Below, piece after piece: positions 1-7,384 of a stretch of 32,000 nucleotides of DNA. The position numbers were made by a program, and so were the translations under genes. This DNA comes from Prochlorococcus sp. MIT 0801 (GTDB taxonomy: Bacteria; Cyanobacteriota; Cyanobacteriia; PCC-6307; Cyanobiaceae). Under the pieces are notes generated by a model, which saw only the letters and a program-made list of their open reading frames with translations, was not told the DNA's origin and made no database searches. Positions within the stretch are counted from its first letter, which is position 1, and every line of letters starts with the position of its first letter. The stretch covers positions 420,001-452,000 of the forward strand of contig NZ_CP007754.1 in the NCBI RefSeq assembly GCF_000757865.1. The letters run 5' to 3'.

Positions 1-1
1 T

Positions 2-220
2 CAAGGTAGATTCTCAGGACAAACAGTACGAATGATTGTAAGAGAGGGCAAAATTGTTGAGAAGGTTTTTTTAACTCCTAAAGGAAATAGAATTTTTGTT
101 AAGAGAAGTGATCTAGAGATATGGCTTAGATCGATGCCGACTATACAAATAAAGCTCAGGTTAAGGTTCAGATCGATGCCGACTATGCTTCTTGACTTAA
201 GACCTCTTGCAGTACAGTAA
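2..220 (+). CDS. excisionase/MerR-type HTH (HTH_17-like) DNA-binding protein, 5'-partial (frame open to window edge)
   Basis: The frame of ORF 32..220 stays open back to nt 2. The translation ...SGQTVRMIVREGKIVEKVFLTPKGNRIFVKRSDLEIWL resembles the C-terminal half of excisionase-family HTH domains (G-K-I...G-x-R-x-F...DLExWL). The last ~38 codons are atypical and contain a 17-nt direct repeat. Confidence 0.4.
   Translation, partial: QGRFSGQTVRMIVREGKIVEKVFLTPKGNRIFVKRSDLEIWLRSMPTIQIKLRLRFRSMPTMLLDLRPLAVQ
128..186. repeat. 17-nt perfect direct repeat AGATCGATGCCGACTAT x2 (128-144 and 170-186)
   Basis: Read directly from the sequence. The two copies start 42 nt apart. Each contains the palindrome ATCGAT and encodes the repeated peptide RSMPT in the 3' tail of the HTH ORF. 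Confidence 0.9.
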
Positions 221-386
221 GTCTTTCGTAAGGCTCTCTGGAGGTAGTTGTATCAATTTTAAACGTGTCATCTTTTTCTCTTTGATACTCGTTAGACTTT
301 GTTCCAATGTAGTTGCCATTTATATAACTAGCATTAACCGCAGATAAATATAATTGATTCGCATATGATCGATTATAAGACGACAT
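183..386 (-). CDS. hypothetical protein (67 aa), weak call
   Basis: ORF track only. It lies about 170 nt downstream (minus strand) of repeat R1-A and overlaps the tail of the convergent HTH ORF. No recognisable motif. Confidence 0.2.
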   Translation of the reverse strand: MSSYNRSYANQLYLSAVNASYINGNYIGTKSNEYQREKDDTFKIDTTTSREPYERLTVLQEVLSQEA

Positions 387-557
387 TCACTTTTACAATA
401 ATAAATATAGAGTTTTCTGATTGAATTTCATTTGATCTAGATTTAATAAATCCCGTCATGCCAGTAAAAAGCATTTGTACTTCACTGGTAATTGACCAAA
501 ATCATGGAAATCATAGATTACTAGATCATCTAGTCTTTCTTAAATCAAATGTTGATG

Positions 558-650
558 ATTGTGAATCTAACTTGATCCAATCCACCTCAAGCTTTCCTCT
601 GTTGGCTTGATTTTTTACCTTTACCAATGATCTCAGTAGACTCATCAGCC
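558..650. repeat. R1 repeat, copy A (~90 nt)
   Basis: Aligns by eye with 10417-10506 and 15325-15416 in the same orientation. Shared plus-strand blocks are CTAAC-TGATCCAATCCA-CT-A-GCTTTC-CTG-TGGCTTGATCTTTTTACCTTTACCA...GACTCA. Confidence 0.85.
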
Positions 651-658
651 CTGCAATT

Positions 659-2158
659 TTAAAGCTTGAGGGTTAATTGTTTATGTAGAACGGGATTGTT
701 TTGCTTCTTTTTCAACTTTGACTTTCTCCTTTTTCTTGAGCTATGTTTCTCAAGGATATTATTAGCGATGTCAAAGAAGCCTGGTTTATTTCTTATCTCT
801 TTTAGCTTTGCTCGTGCTGTATTTGTACTAATAATTGGATCTACAATAGGGAATGGATAATTTTTTCCAAGAACTAATGATGAATCATCTTGATGAAATA
901 GATCAATTTTCCATGGTGCATGGATGAATTTGCTTGGAAGGTATTGTAATTCTTTTACCCAAGTTCGAATAAATATTCCCTCTGGGTCATGATCATATCC
1001 TTGTTTAATTGGGTTATAAATTCTCATCGTATTAATCGATGTCGTACCCGATTGCATTTGGCATTGTGTCCAGTGAATTCCTGGCTCGTAGTCAATAAAT
1101 TTGCGTGCTAGGCATAAGCCACTCTCTTGCCATGGAAGCCATAGTTGGTAGCTAGCAAATGACATAAGCATTGCTCTCATTCGGAAATTAATCCACCCAT
1201 GACTATTTAGGGATCTCATGCATGCATCTATAAAAGGTATTCCAGTTAGACCTTGACTCCATGCTTTTAAAAAAATTTGATTTGACTTCCTGATACCACT
1301 CATGTATGGATGGTACTCACGACTTTCTAATTCAGGCTCTGATTCAAGCTTTTGAATAAAATGGCAATGCCAATGTAATCTTGAGTTAATTGCTCTAGAT
1401 CCTCTTTTCTTCGTTCTTCTAATTGTCTGGACTACCTCTCTAACTGATAGACAACCCCAAGTTAAGTAAGGCGATAAGCGAGAACATCCATCAAATGCTT
1501 TTAAAGGACTTGATAGAGAATATTGATAATTATCTATTTTGTATTTCAGAAACTCATATAGTTTATTCAGCCCTTGCTTTCTTCCTCCTTGAATTCGATG
1601 ACTACATTTATCTAAATTTAACTTTAGACTTTTAGAGGAGGGTAAATTATGACTTGGAATATCAATAAAGTAATTTACTCTTCTGGGATCATTGATGAGT
1701 TCCTGTGACATATGTTGTTCCCACTTTCGAGACCAATTTTTACGTGTTTTGAGACCTCTAAAAACACCAAATTGTCTGTATTCATACCAGTGTATGTTTT
1801 CGTTTTTTGTAAAACGCCTTAGATCTTGATCACGTTTAAATGTCCATTCATTGCCGGTTTCTTCATGACTATAAATACCTTTAACATGAAACCTTTCCGT
1901 AAATTCTTTAATTACATCTTCGATATTCCCAACTCTTATAATTAATTTCAAACCAATATCATTTAATGAGTTGTTTAAATCAATTAAACATTCTCGTACA
2001 AATTCCCATTGTCTTGAAGAATGATCAGGTAATTTCCAGAGATCTGGTTCAATAACAAAGATTGGTATTACATTCTCGGTTTTAAGCGCTTCATTAAGTG
2101 CTTCATTATCAAATGTTCTTAAGTCTTTTTTGAACCAAACTAGATTTATCGTCTCCAC
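659..2158 (-). CDS. cryptochrome/photolyase-family FAD-binding protein
   Basis: 499-aa ORF. The N-terminal photolyase alpha/beta domain starts LVWFKKDLRTFDNEAL. The FAD-domain hallmarks are present: SRLSPYLTWGCLSVREV, GWINFRMRAMLMSFASYQLWLPW and YNPIKQGYDHDPEGIFIRTWVKEL. The subclass (CPD, 6-4 or cryptochrome) cannot be assigned by eye. Confidence 0.9.
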   Translation of the reverse strand: METINLVWFKKDLRTFDNEALNEALKTENVIPIFVIEPDLWKLPDHSSRQWEFVRECLIDLNNSLNDIGLKLIIRVGNIEDVIKEFTERFHVKGIYSHEETGNEWTFKRDQDLRRFTKNENIHWYEYRQFGVFRGLKTRKNWSRKWEQHMSQELINDPRRVNYFIDIPSHNLPSSKSLKLNLDKCSHRIQGGRKQGLNKLYEFLKYKIDNYQYSLSSPLKAFDGCSRLSPYLTWGCLSVREVVQTIRRTKKRGSRAINSRLHWHCHFIQKLESEPELESREYHPYMSGIRKSNQIFLKAWSQGLTGIPFIDACMRSLNSHGWINFRMRAMLMSFASYQLWLPWQESGLCLARKFIDYEPGIHWTQCQMQSGTTSINTMRIYNPIKQGYDHDPEGIFIRTWVKELQYLPSKFIHAPWKIDLFHQDDSSLVLGKNYPFPIVDPIISTNTARAKLKEIRNKPGFFDIANNILEKHSSRKRRKSKLKKKQNNPVLHKQLTLKL

Positions 2159-2325
2159 TTTTTAAAGTTAAACAAGATTGTAAACTAAAAGTTCATGAAA
2201 AATTTTATCTAAAAGTTGATTTAGTCGTGAGTAATTAGGAATAAAAAAGCTTTCGTTTGAATGTTCTTTTCATATTCATTTAACAAGTAATAACCACGGT
2301 GCTTTTTTGGCTTGAATAAGATCCG

Positions 2326-2529
2326 ATGATGGATATTAGTCATCGACTCATCATTGCATGGGCTACTCAAAGAGTAAATTACCTCGATGAGTTACAGAGG
2401 TATGAAGATAGTTATGCAGTTAGCCAAGAATTTTGTGAGTGGACAACATCATTCAATGTCTACCCTGAAGTACTTCAAGCTGCAACACTTAAAGTACCAA
2501 CCTTTAATAAGGAAAACCGTGCTGATTAA
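2326..2529 (+). CDS. hypothetical protein (67 aa)
   Basis: ORF track only; no motif recognised. It sits in an otherwise ORF-poor spacer. Confidence 0.3.
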   Translation: MMDISHRLIIAWATQRVNYLDELQRYEDSYAVSQEFCEWTTSFNVYPEVLQAATLKVPTFNKENRAD

Positions 2530-2649
2530 CCAACTCGATAGCTCAATTACCTAGTCAAAATATTCTTTACGTTGTGTAGGTCAGTCAATCACCTGCATGT
2601 GATTAAAGAGGGTTTTGCAATGCACCTTTTTGACACCCACCTAGGGCCA

Positions 2650-2677
2650 GGGAAATTGTTCTTTATAGCAATTTCCC
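2650..2677 (+). promoter_or_regulatory. perfect 9-bp inverted repeat GGGAAATTG-N10-CAATTTCCC upstream of the R3' small ORF
   Basis: Read directly. It lies about 35 nt upstream of the ATG at 2711. The homologous position upstream of the intact paralog (near 15815-15850) is only partly palindromic. Confidence 0.3.
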
Positions 2678-2710
2678 TTTCTCGATAAGAAGTTAATCAA
2701 ATTCATTCTA

Positions 2711-2938
2711 ATGAGCCACCACAATGCCTCTTTAAACTTTTCGCATGCACCTAATAAGCATAATGTTGCATTTAGAGAGAAGTCTCTGCATGAAATATAA
2801 ATGCAGCTTATGAATAAACAAGAACTAAGGCTTAGATATATACAGCTCATGAATGATGCACAAAAGATACTTGGTAGAGATGAGGCTATTGACTTGATCA
2901 AAGAATCTGAGGTGATCTGGGAAAAACTTAGTGCTTAG
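2711..2938 (+). pseudogene. R3 small-protein paralog interrupted by an in-frame TAA (2798-2800)
   Basis: Translation is MSHHNASLNFSHAPNKHNVAFREKSLHEI*MQLMNKQELRLRYIQLMNDAQKILGRDEAIDLIKESEVIWEKLSA. It is collinear with ORF 15908..16120 (MSNHNSTLNSSHAPYKRR...EIEMGQLRLRYIQLMRDAQKSLGEEDAINLIKDSEKIWEKLSA). The TAA aligns with GAA (Glu) of the paralog and is followed immediately by an ATG, so a 45-aa restart product from 2801..2938 is possible. Confidence 0.6.
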
Positions 2939-2952
2939 ATAGTTATTTTTGT

Positions 2953-3117
2953 TTAACGCTTGTTTTCCCAATAACTCTTTGCAGAGTCAATCATTTTAAC
3001 TATTTCGCTATCAGGACAACCAGTTTGCTCTTGCAGCAATTTGCATTGAGAATTGATATCTCTCCAGATTTCTCTGATCTCGATAAATTGTTCATCCGTG
3101 AATTGGAAGTGATTCAT
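2953..3117 (-). CDS. hypothetical small protein (54 aa)
   Basis: My own translation gives MNHFQFTDEQFIEIREIWRDINSQCKLLQEQTGCPDSEIVKMIDSAKSYWENKR. The tail (DSEIVKMIDSAKSYWE) weakly resembles the R3 family tail (EDAINLIKDSEKIWE). It is below the ORF-track cutoff. Confidence 0.3.
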   Translation of the reverse strand: MNHFQFTDEQFIEIREIWRDINSQCKLLQEQTGCPDSEIVKMIDSAKSYWENKR

Positions 3118-3314
3118 GTTCCTAGATTTCTTTGTTTATTAATAGATACGAGGAATGCCAAAATAGCAACTCTTATTTTATAAGTTACTTTTATTAGGAC
3201 TCATTTATTTATAAATAGTTTCTATTCCTATTGGCTTTAAGGAGTTAACCGAACATTGAAAACTCACAGTTGCTAATCAGTTGATAGATCATTAATGATA
3301 ACTAATAGGTGGTT

Positions 3315-3488
3315 ATGAAAAAATTCATTCCTTACTTAATTTTTTCGGCAACTACTCTACATACAGTTCTTGGCATTTCACCAGTAATGGCATTGGGTTG
3401 TAGCTCACATTCAGACAAAGCTGAGGTTGTCTGTGAGGAAGGAGATACCGATTGTGAGGAGAAAATTTCTGCTTCAAAAATCAACTAA
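3315..3488 (+). CDS. small secreted/lipoprotein-like acidic Cys-containing protein (57 aa)
   Basis: My own translation gives MKKFIPYLIFSATTLHTVLGISPVMALGCSSHSDKAEVVCEEGDTDCEEKISASKIN. It has a hydrophobic leader followed by a lipobox-like ALGC. AGGTGG lies just upstream of the ATG. Confidence 0.45.
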   Translation: MKKFIPYLIFSATTLHTVLGISPVMALGCSSHSDKAEVVCEEGDTDCEEKISASKIN

Positions 3489-3660
3489 AACAATGCCAAA
3501 GGATATTCCAGAACTTTATGAATCTATTTTAGAAGCTTCTTAACGAGGTGAATTATGGGGGATAAGTTCAGAACAAAGCCATCTGACACAACTGGAAATT
3601 GACCTCAATTCTTGTATGAATAGTTAAGACTTATTGTTTTCTGGTTTGAAATTTTTTCAT

Positions 3661-3840
3661 CTACATCAACTGCTCCTCTAAAAGCTTTTGTTCTCTTTCT
3701 TGCTTCGGTGGCAATGGTATCTTGATATTGCATAGATCTAATTCGAAAACTCCTCCTGCACCAAAGTGATTGGTGTCTGATTGTGAAGGAGAAGGGAAGA
3801 GAAGTGAAGTGGTTAGAGCGACTATCAAAAAGTTATTCAT
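3661..3840 (-). CDS. small signal-peptide protein (59 aa) immediately downstream of the protease-adhesin gene
   Basis: My own translation gives MNNFLIVALTTSLLFPSPSQSDTNHFGAGGVFELDLCNIKIPLPPKQEREQKLLEEQLM. The ATG at 3840 is 3 nt after the stop (3844-3846) of ORF 3844..7083, so co-transcription is likely. The N-terminus looks like a Sec leader. Confidence 0.35.
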   Translation of the reverse strand: MNNFLIVALTTSLLFPSPSQSDTNHFGAGGVFELDLCNIKIPLPPKQEREQKLLEEQLM

Positions 3841-3843
3841 TAG

Positions 3844-6800
3844 TTAACCAAACCCAGTCATCTCAGTAAATAATCCTTTATTTTCTGCTGATTCTGCAAA
3901 GCCTAAAAGAACTTCATATCTTGTTTCTGCTCCGCTATTTAATTGACCTACCCAATAATTGTGACCATTGCTATCGGCTGCTCTATTAAGTATGTCTCCA
4001 TACAAATTATCTATATATTCTTGATTAGTTAAATGATTTGATAACTCAACATAATTTAGTTTGTAGTTAATATTTGGAGCATGAGAAATATTTGAGCTGT
4101 TGATATTTGTTGTATCTGGTTGTCTTAGATTGTCTAAAGAATAATCTGATAAATTATCCAAAGTTAGACCAGTAATAACATCTATTGAATTGCTTGGATT
4201 GCTGACAGGACTTAATTGAAGATTACTTGAGGTACTACTGAATTTTGTAATACTATTTTGGATCTCTGAAAGTGTCGCAACTGTTGAATAGCCGATTTCA
4301 TTAATAAATGTTTTTGCCTCGGTAAGGTTATTTCCTGTAATCCAAGGACTAGTAGATGCTGGTTGATAGGCAAGTATATCGGAAGTACTTTTTCTTATTT
4401 CATATGTATATTGAATAGCAGCATTTGTTTTATGAGTTAACGTTTTTTTATCGACTTCGCTCCCATCATTATTTAGGGCAGCCCAAGTTAAATCGTTTGC
4501 AATTGAAGCAAGTTCAAGATTTCCTGAATCGATTTGACTAGACCAATAAGTTAATCCTGCGGTATCTCCATTTCTATTAAATAGGTTTAAATAGATTTGA
4601 TTGACTTGAGCTGTCGTACTTAGATTTCCATTAACCGAATTAAATTCAGGTTGCAAATACATATTTGCAGCAAAAGCTTTTTTAGTTACTTTTTGGCCCA
4701 GCCAATAATCTAATCCATTTGGATCACAAGGTCTCCCAAAATAACCAATATATAATTGTTGTAATTCAGTTGATGTCGCAGATGTAGAAGAGGTATTACT
4801 TTCATCTTCTACATCAGTAATTACTACTCGAAACCAATTTGAATTATTTACATTCTCATTAGTGTCAGTAGAGTTAATACTCATTATGTATAAATTATTA
4901 TCACCACCTGCTTGCGGGTTTTCATAGTCAAGATTTCCATTAATAGACAGAGATCCTGTGATTGGGTCTATTGAAAAATGTTGATAATCATTATTATCAA
5001 ATAGTTGTGATATAGACCAAGTGACTTCTTCATTGGCAATGAATCTGTAAATTTCTTGGTTAGTACCTTCTTGAATATCTATGGATGTCGATGAAGCAAA
5101 AGTGCCAGAGGTAGTGGAATAAAGTACATCATTATTTACTCCATAGATGATTGGTTTTTCCGTATCCCCTTCTTCTAAAGCATTAACAGACAGAGTGAAT
5201 GCTTCGGCATAGGTTTCACCACCACTATCAGTTGTTTGTAAGCGAATCTTGTAGGAGGATTTTGTTTCGTAATCCGGAGAGGCTTTAATTTTTAAGGATG
5301 ATCCATCAATCGTAAAGGAGCTGTTATCTGTATCATCAGTACCGGTGACTAAAGAGTAGGTATGCGTATCGGATGTATCATCATCTGTCGTAGAGAGAGT
5401 TGCGACCGTAGAAGCAGCAGCAATATTTTCATTAAAACTGCTTGAAGATAAGGTTAATGCTGTAGGTGTTTCATTGAGATCATTCACCGAGAGTGTGAAA
5501 GCTTTAGCGTAGGTTTCACCACCACTATCAGTGACTTGTAAGCGGATATTGTAGGAAGACTTTGTCTCGTAATCAGGAGAAGAATTTATCTTTAAATATG
5601 TTATTGCTACTCCTTTATAGATGGTGAATAAACTGTTATCGGTGTCACCATTACCACTGATTAAAGAGTAGGTTCGTAGATCGGAAGTATCAGCATCTGT
5701 ACTACCTATTGCCGAGACGATTGTAGAGGCAGCAATATTTTCATTGAAACTTGTTGAGATTAATCGAAGGTCTGTAGGCGCTTCATTAACATCGGCAATA
5801 GTAGTCTCAATCCATTGATTAGAAGAATTCCCAGCGAGGTCTGTCGCTTTTACATATATCGAATAAATGCCATTGGAATTGCTATCAAGATGATTTTCAT
5901 AATCAGGAGCATTATTAAATGTTAATAGACCAGTAGTGGAATTAATTGAAAAGAATGTGGGGTCATTTCCTCCATTAATTGACCAAGTAACAGCTTCGTT
6001 GGCAGTAAAGGTATGAACAGTTGTCGTATTCTCATTGATTGTTTTCTTACTATTTTCCGCACCAGCACTTCCTGAAGGACCCGTAATTAATGGCTTTATC
6101 TCATCTGTAGACGTATCATTAATGGATATTGATTTTGTTTTTTCGCCAATTGATAATGTGAAGTTTTCTGTGCCTTCAGTTTTTTGATCTGTACTAATAC
6201 CAATACTGAAGGTAGCCTCACCATTTTCATCAATGGTTGTTATTCCGCTAAGTGCACCACTTGAGAAATCAGAGGAGGATACTCCACTTAATGTATATGT
6301 ATATTGTGTATTCTCTTCCTTTTTATGAGTTTTAAAAGTGAATGAAATACTGCTACCTTCATTTACACTGTTAGCAGATGTTATCGTCGCAAAACTCTTG
6401 TCATATAGATAATTATTTAATTCTCTTTCTTCTAATAACCAATCAGAGTGTGCATTGAGTGCACATGCCCAACTATTAGTACTGACTACTCCAATTACTT
6501 GATATTCAAGGCTTGCACCTGAATACACATAGACAGGACCACCTGAATCACCGCTGTTAACTTCAATATCACTAGTATTCCAAGAAAAGAAATTATCTAT
6601 TGAATTTTTATAAACTATACCTTCGTCATACATCAACCTGTAATTGTATTGACCTGGATGTCCAAGTTTTGAAGCAGTTCCACTATCAAAATCAAATTTC
6701 AAACCCATCCAACCATAAGTGGAACCAATATCTGTCCCGAGAGAAATTAAGCCAATATCTTTCTCTAGTTCTAATAGTGTGCCGGGGACACCATCACCTG

Positions 6801-7083
6801 CAGTTACTAACTCATCACCATTTTCGTCCCAATCAAATGTGTTATACCATTCGGCATTATAATAAGTATTTGAACTGCTGTTAGGGTCGTATGAAGGATA
6901 TATCCTACATGCATCCGGCAAACCCCCTAGCTTCTTATCATAGATAACATGAGCAGCAGTCAGGATATCATTTTCTCCAATAATAATACCGCTACCTGAA
7001 AAAGTTTCGCTTCCATAATCAGCCTCTATATATACAACCCGCCTGAACGGTGAAATATCGTCATTTACTTCGTAAGTAGCCAT
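3844..7083 (-). CDS. leaderless multidomain exoprotein: S1 trypsin-like serine protease head, Calx-beta-like segment, cadherin-like repeats, several DUF4214-type repeats
   Basis: 1079 aa. The catalytic motifs are ILTAAHV (His), KDIGLISL (Asp candidate) and GDSGGPVYV (Ser). The Calx-like stretch reads SVNEGSSISFTF...EGTENFTLSI. There are ~100-aa repeats with FNENIAA...DxDxxD...YSL..G.(D)TDN..F.I....L......DYE.K.SY.I.LQ.TDSGGETY. DUF4214-like LYxxxFxRxxDxxGLxYW motifs occur several times. The protein ends LLGFAESAENKGLFTEMTGFG. Confidence 0.9.
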   Translation of the reverse strand: MATYEVNDDISPFRRVVYIEADYGSETFSGSGIIIGENDILTAAHVIYDKKLGGLPDACRIYPSYDPNSSSNTYYNAEWYNTFDWDENGDELVTAGDGVPGTLLELEKDIGLISLGTDIGSTYGWMGLKFDFDSGTASKLGHPGQYNYRLMYDEGIVYKNSIDNFFSWNTSDIEVNSGDSGGPVYVYSGASLEYQVIGVVSTNSWACALNAHSDWLLEERELNNYLYDKSFATITSANSVNEGSSISFTFKTHKKEENTQYTYTLSGVSSSDFSSGALSGITTIDENGEATFSIGISTDQKTEGTENFTLSIGEKTKSISINDTSTDEIKPLITGPSGSAGAENSKKTINENTTTVHTFTANEAVTWSINGGNDPTFFSINSTTGLLTFNNAPDYENHLDSNSNGIYSIYVKATDLAGNSSNQWIETTIADVNEAPTDLRLISTSFNENIAASTIVSAIGSTDADTSDLRTYSLISGNGDTDNSLFTIYKGVAITYLKINSSPDYETKSSYNIRLQVTDSGGETYAKAFTLSVNDLNETPTALTLSSSSFNENIAAASTVATLSTTDDDTSDTHTYSLVTGTDDTDNSSFTIDGSSLKIKASPDYETKSSYKIRLQTTDSGGETYAEAFTLSVNALEEGDTEKPIIYGVNNDVLYSTTSGTFASSTSIDIQEGTNQEIYRFIANEEVTWSISQLFDNNDYQHFSIDPITGSLSINGNLDYENPQAGGDNNLYIMSINSTDTNENVNNSNWFRVVITDVEDESNTSSTSATSTELQQLYIGYFGRPCDPNGLDYWLGQKVTKKAFAANMYLQPEFNSVNGNLSTTAQVNQIYLNLFNRNGDTAGLTYWSSQIDSGNLELASIANDLTWAALNNDGSEVDKKTLTHKTNAAIQYTYEIRKSTSDILAYQPASTSPWITGNNLTEAKTFINEIGYSTVATLSEIQNSITKFSSTSSNLQLSPVSNPSNSIDVITGLTLDNLSDYSLDNLRQPDTTNINSSNISHAPNINYKLNYVELSNHLTNQEYIDNLYGDILNRAADSNGHNYWVGQLNSGAETRYEVLLGFAESAENKGLFTEMTGFG

Positions 7084-7384
7084 ATCTTGAAACTTCTTCT
7101 TTAATTAAATATCATTGATTTTTTTATGATATATTATTCAAGATTAATCCAGTAAATCGATATTAATTCTGATTGTACCATGTAACTTGAGATCTATTGG
7201 TATCAATAAGATTAAAGGGCGTTAAACTTAGCTGCTCACGTATAATCTGCACATAGTTGGATTGATACAAAGAGAGATATTTTATTCCTCTCAGCATAGC
7301 TAAAGAGTAGTGGTGTCTGGGGTATATGATAGGTGATTCGATCAATAATGATCGTGAAGAAATTTGTGGTGGATACTTAGGTGT

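Noticed and set aside
641-648. CUGAUGAG (the hammerhead-ribozyme core box) on the minus strand at the 5' edge of R1-A.
   Set aside because: The box is not conserved in the other two copies (CAGAUGAG in B, AUUGAG in C). I could not place the GAAA box or the three-stem arrangement around it.
558-650. R1 as a conserved short coding sequence (MSL..LVKVK... peptides appear in two copies).
   Set aside because: One-nt and three-nt indels between copies shift the frame, and copy B has in-frame TAA stops. Conservation is at the nucleotide level, not the peptide level.
2641-2901. An 86-aa minus-strand ORF rich in Cys/Ser/Ile.
   Set aside because: It overlaps the R3' locus, whose plus-strand reading is supported by a paralog at 15908..16120. 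The minus-strand product is low-complexity.
3844-3900. The shared C-terminus as a PEP-CTERM, LPXTG or GlyGly-CTERM-type sorting signal.
   Set aside because: The tails end ...LFTEMTGFG with no following hydrophobic helix or basic cluster, so they do not fit exosortase, sortase or rhombosortase signals.
7163-7345. A 60-aa ORF in the spacer between the two largest genes.
   Set aside because: It has no leader, motif or paralog, and an AT-rich spacer can yield an ORF of this size by chance. It is left unannotated, although a real mini-gene cannot be excluded.
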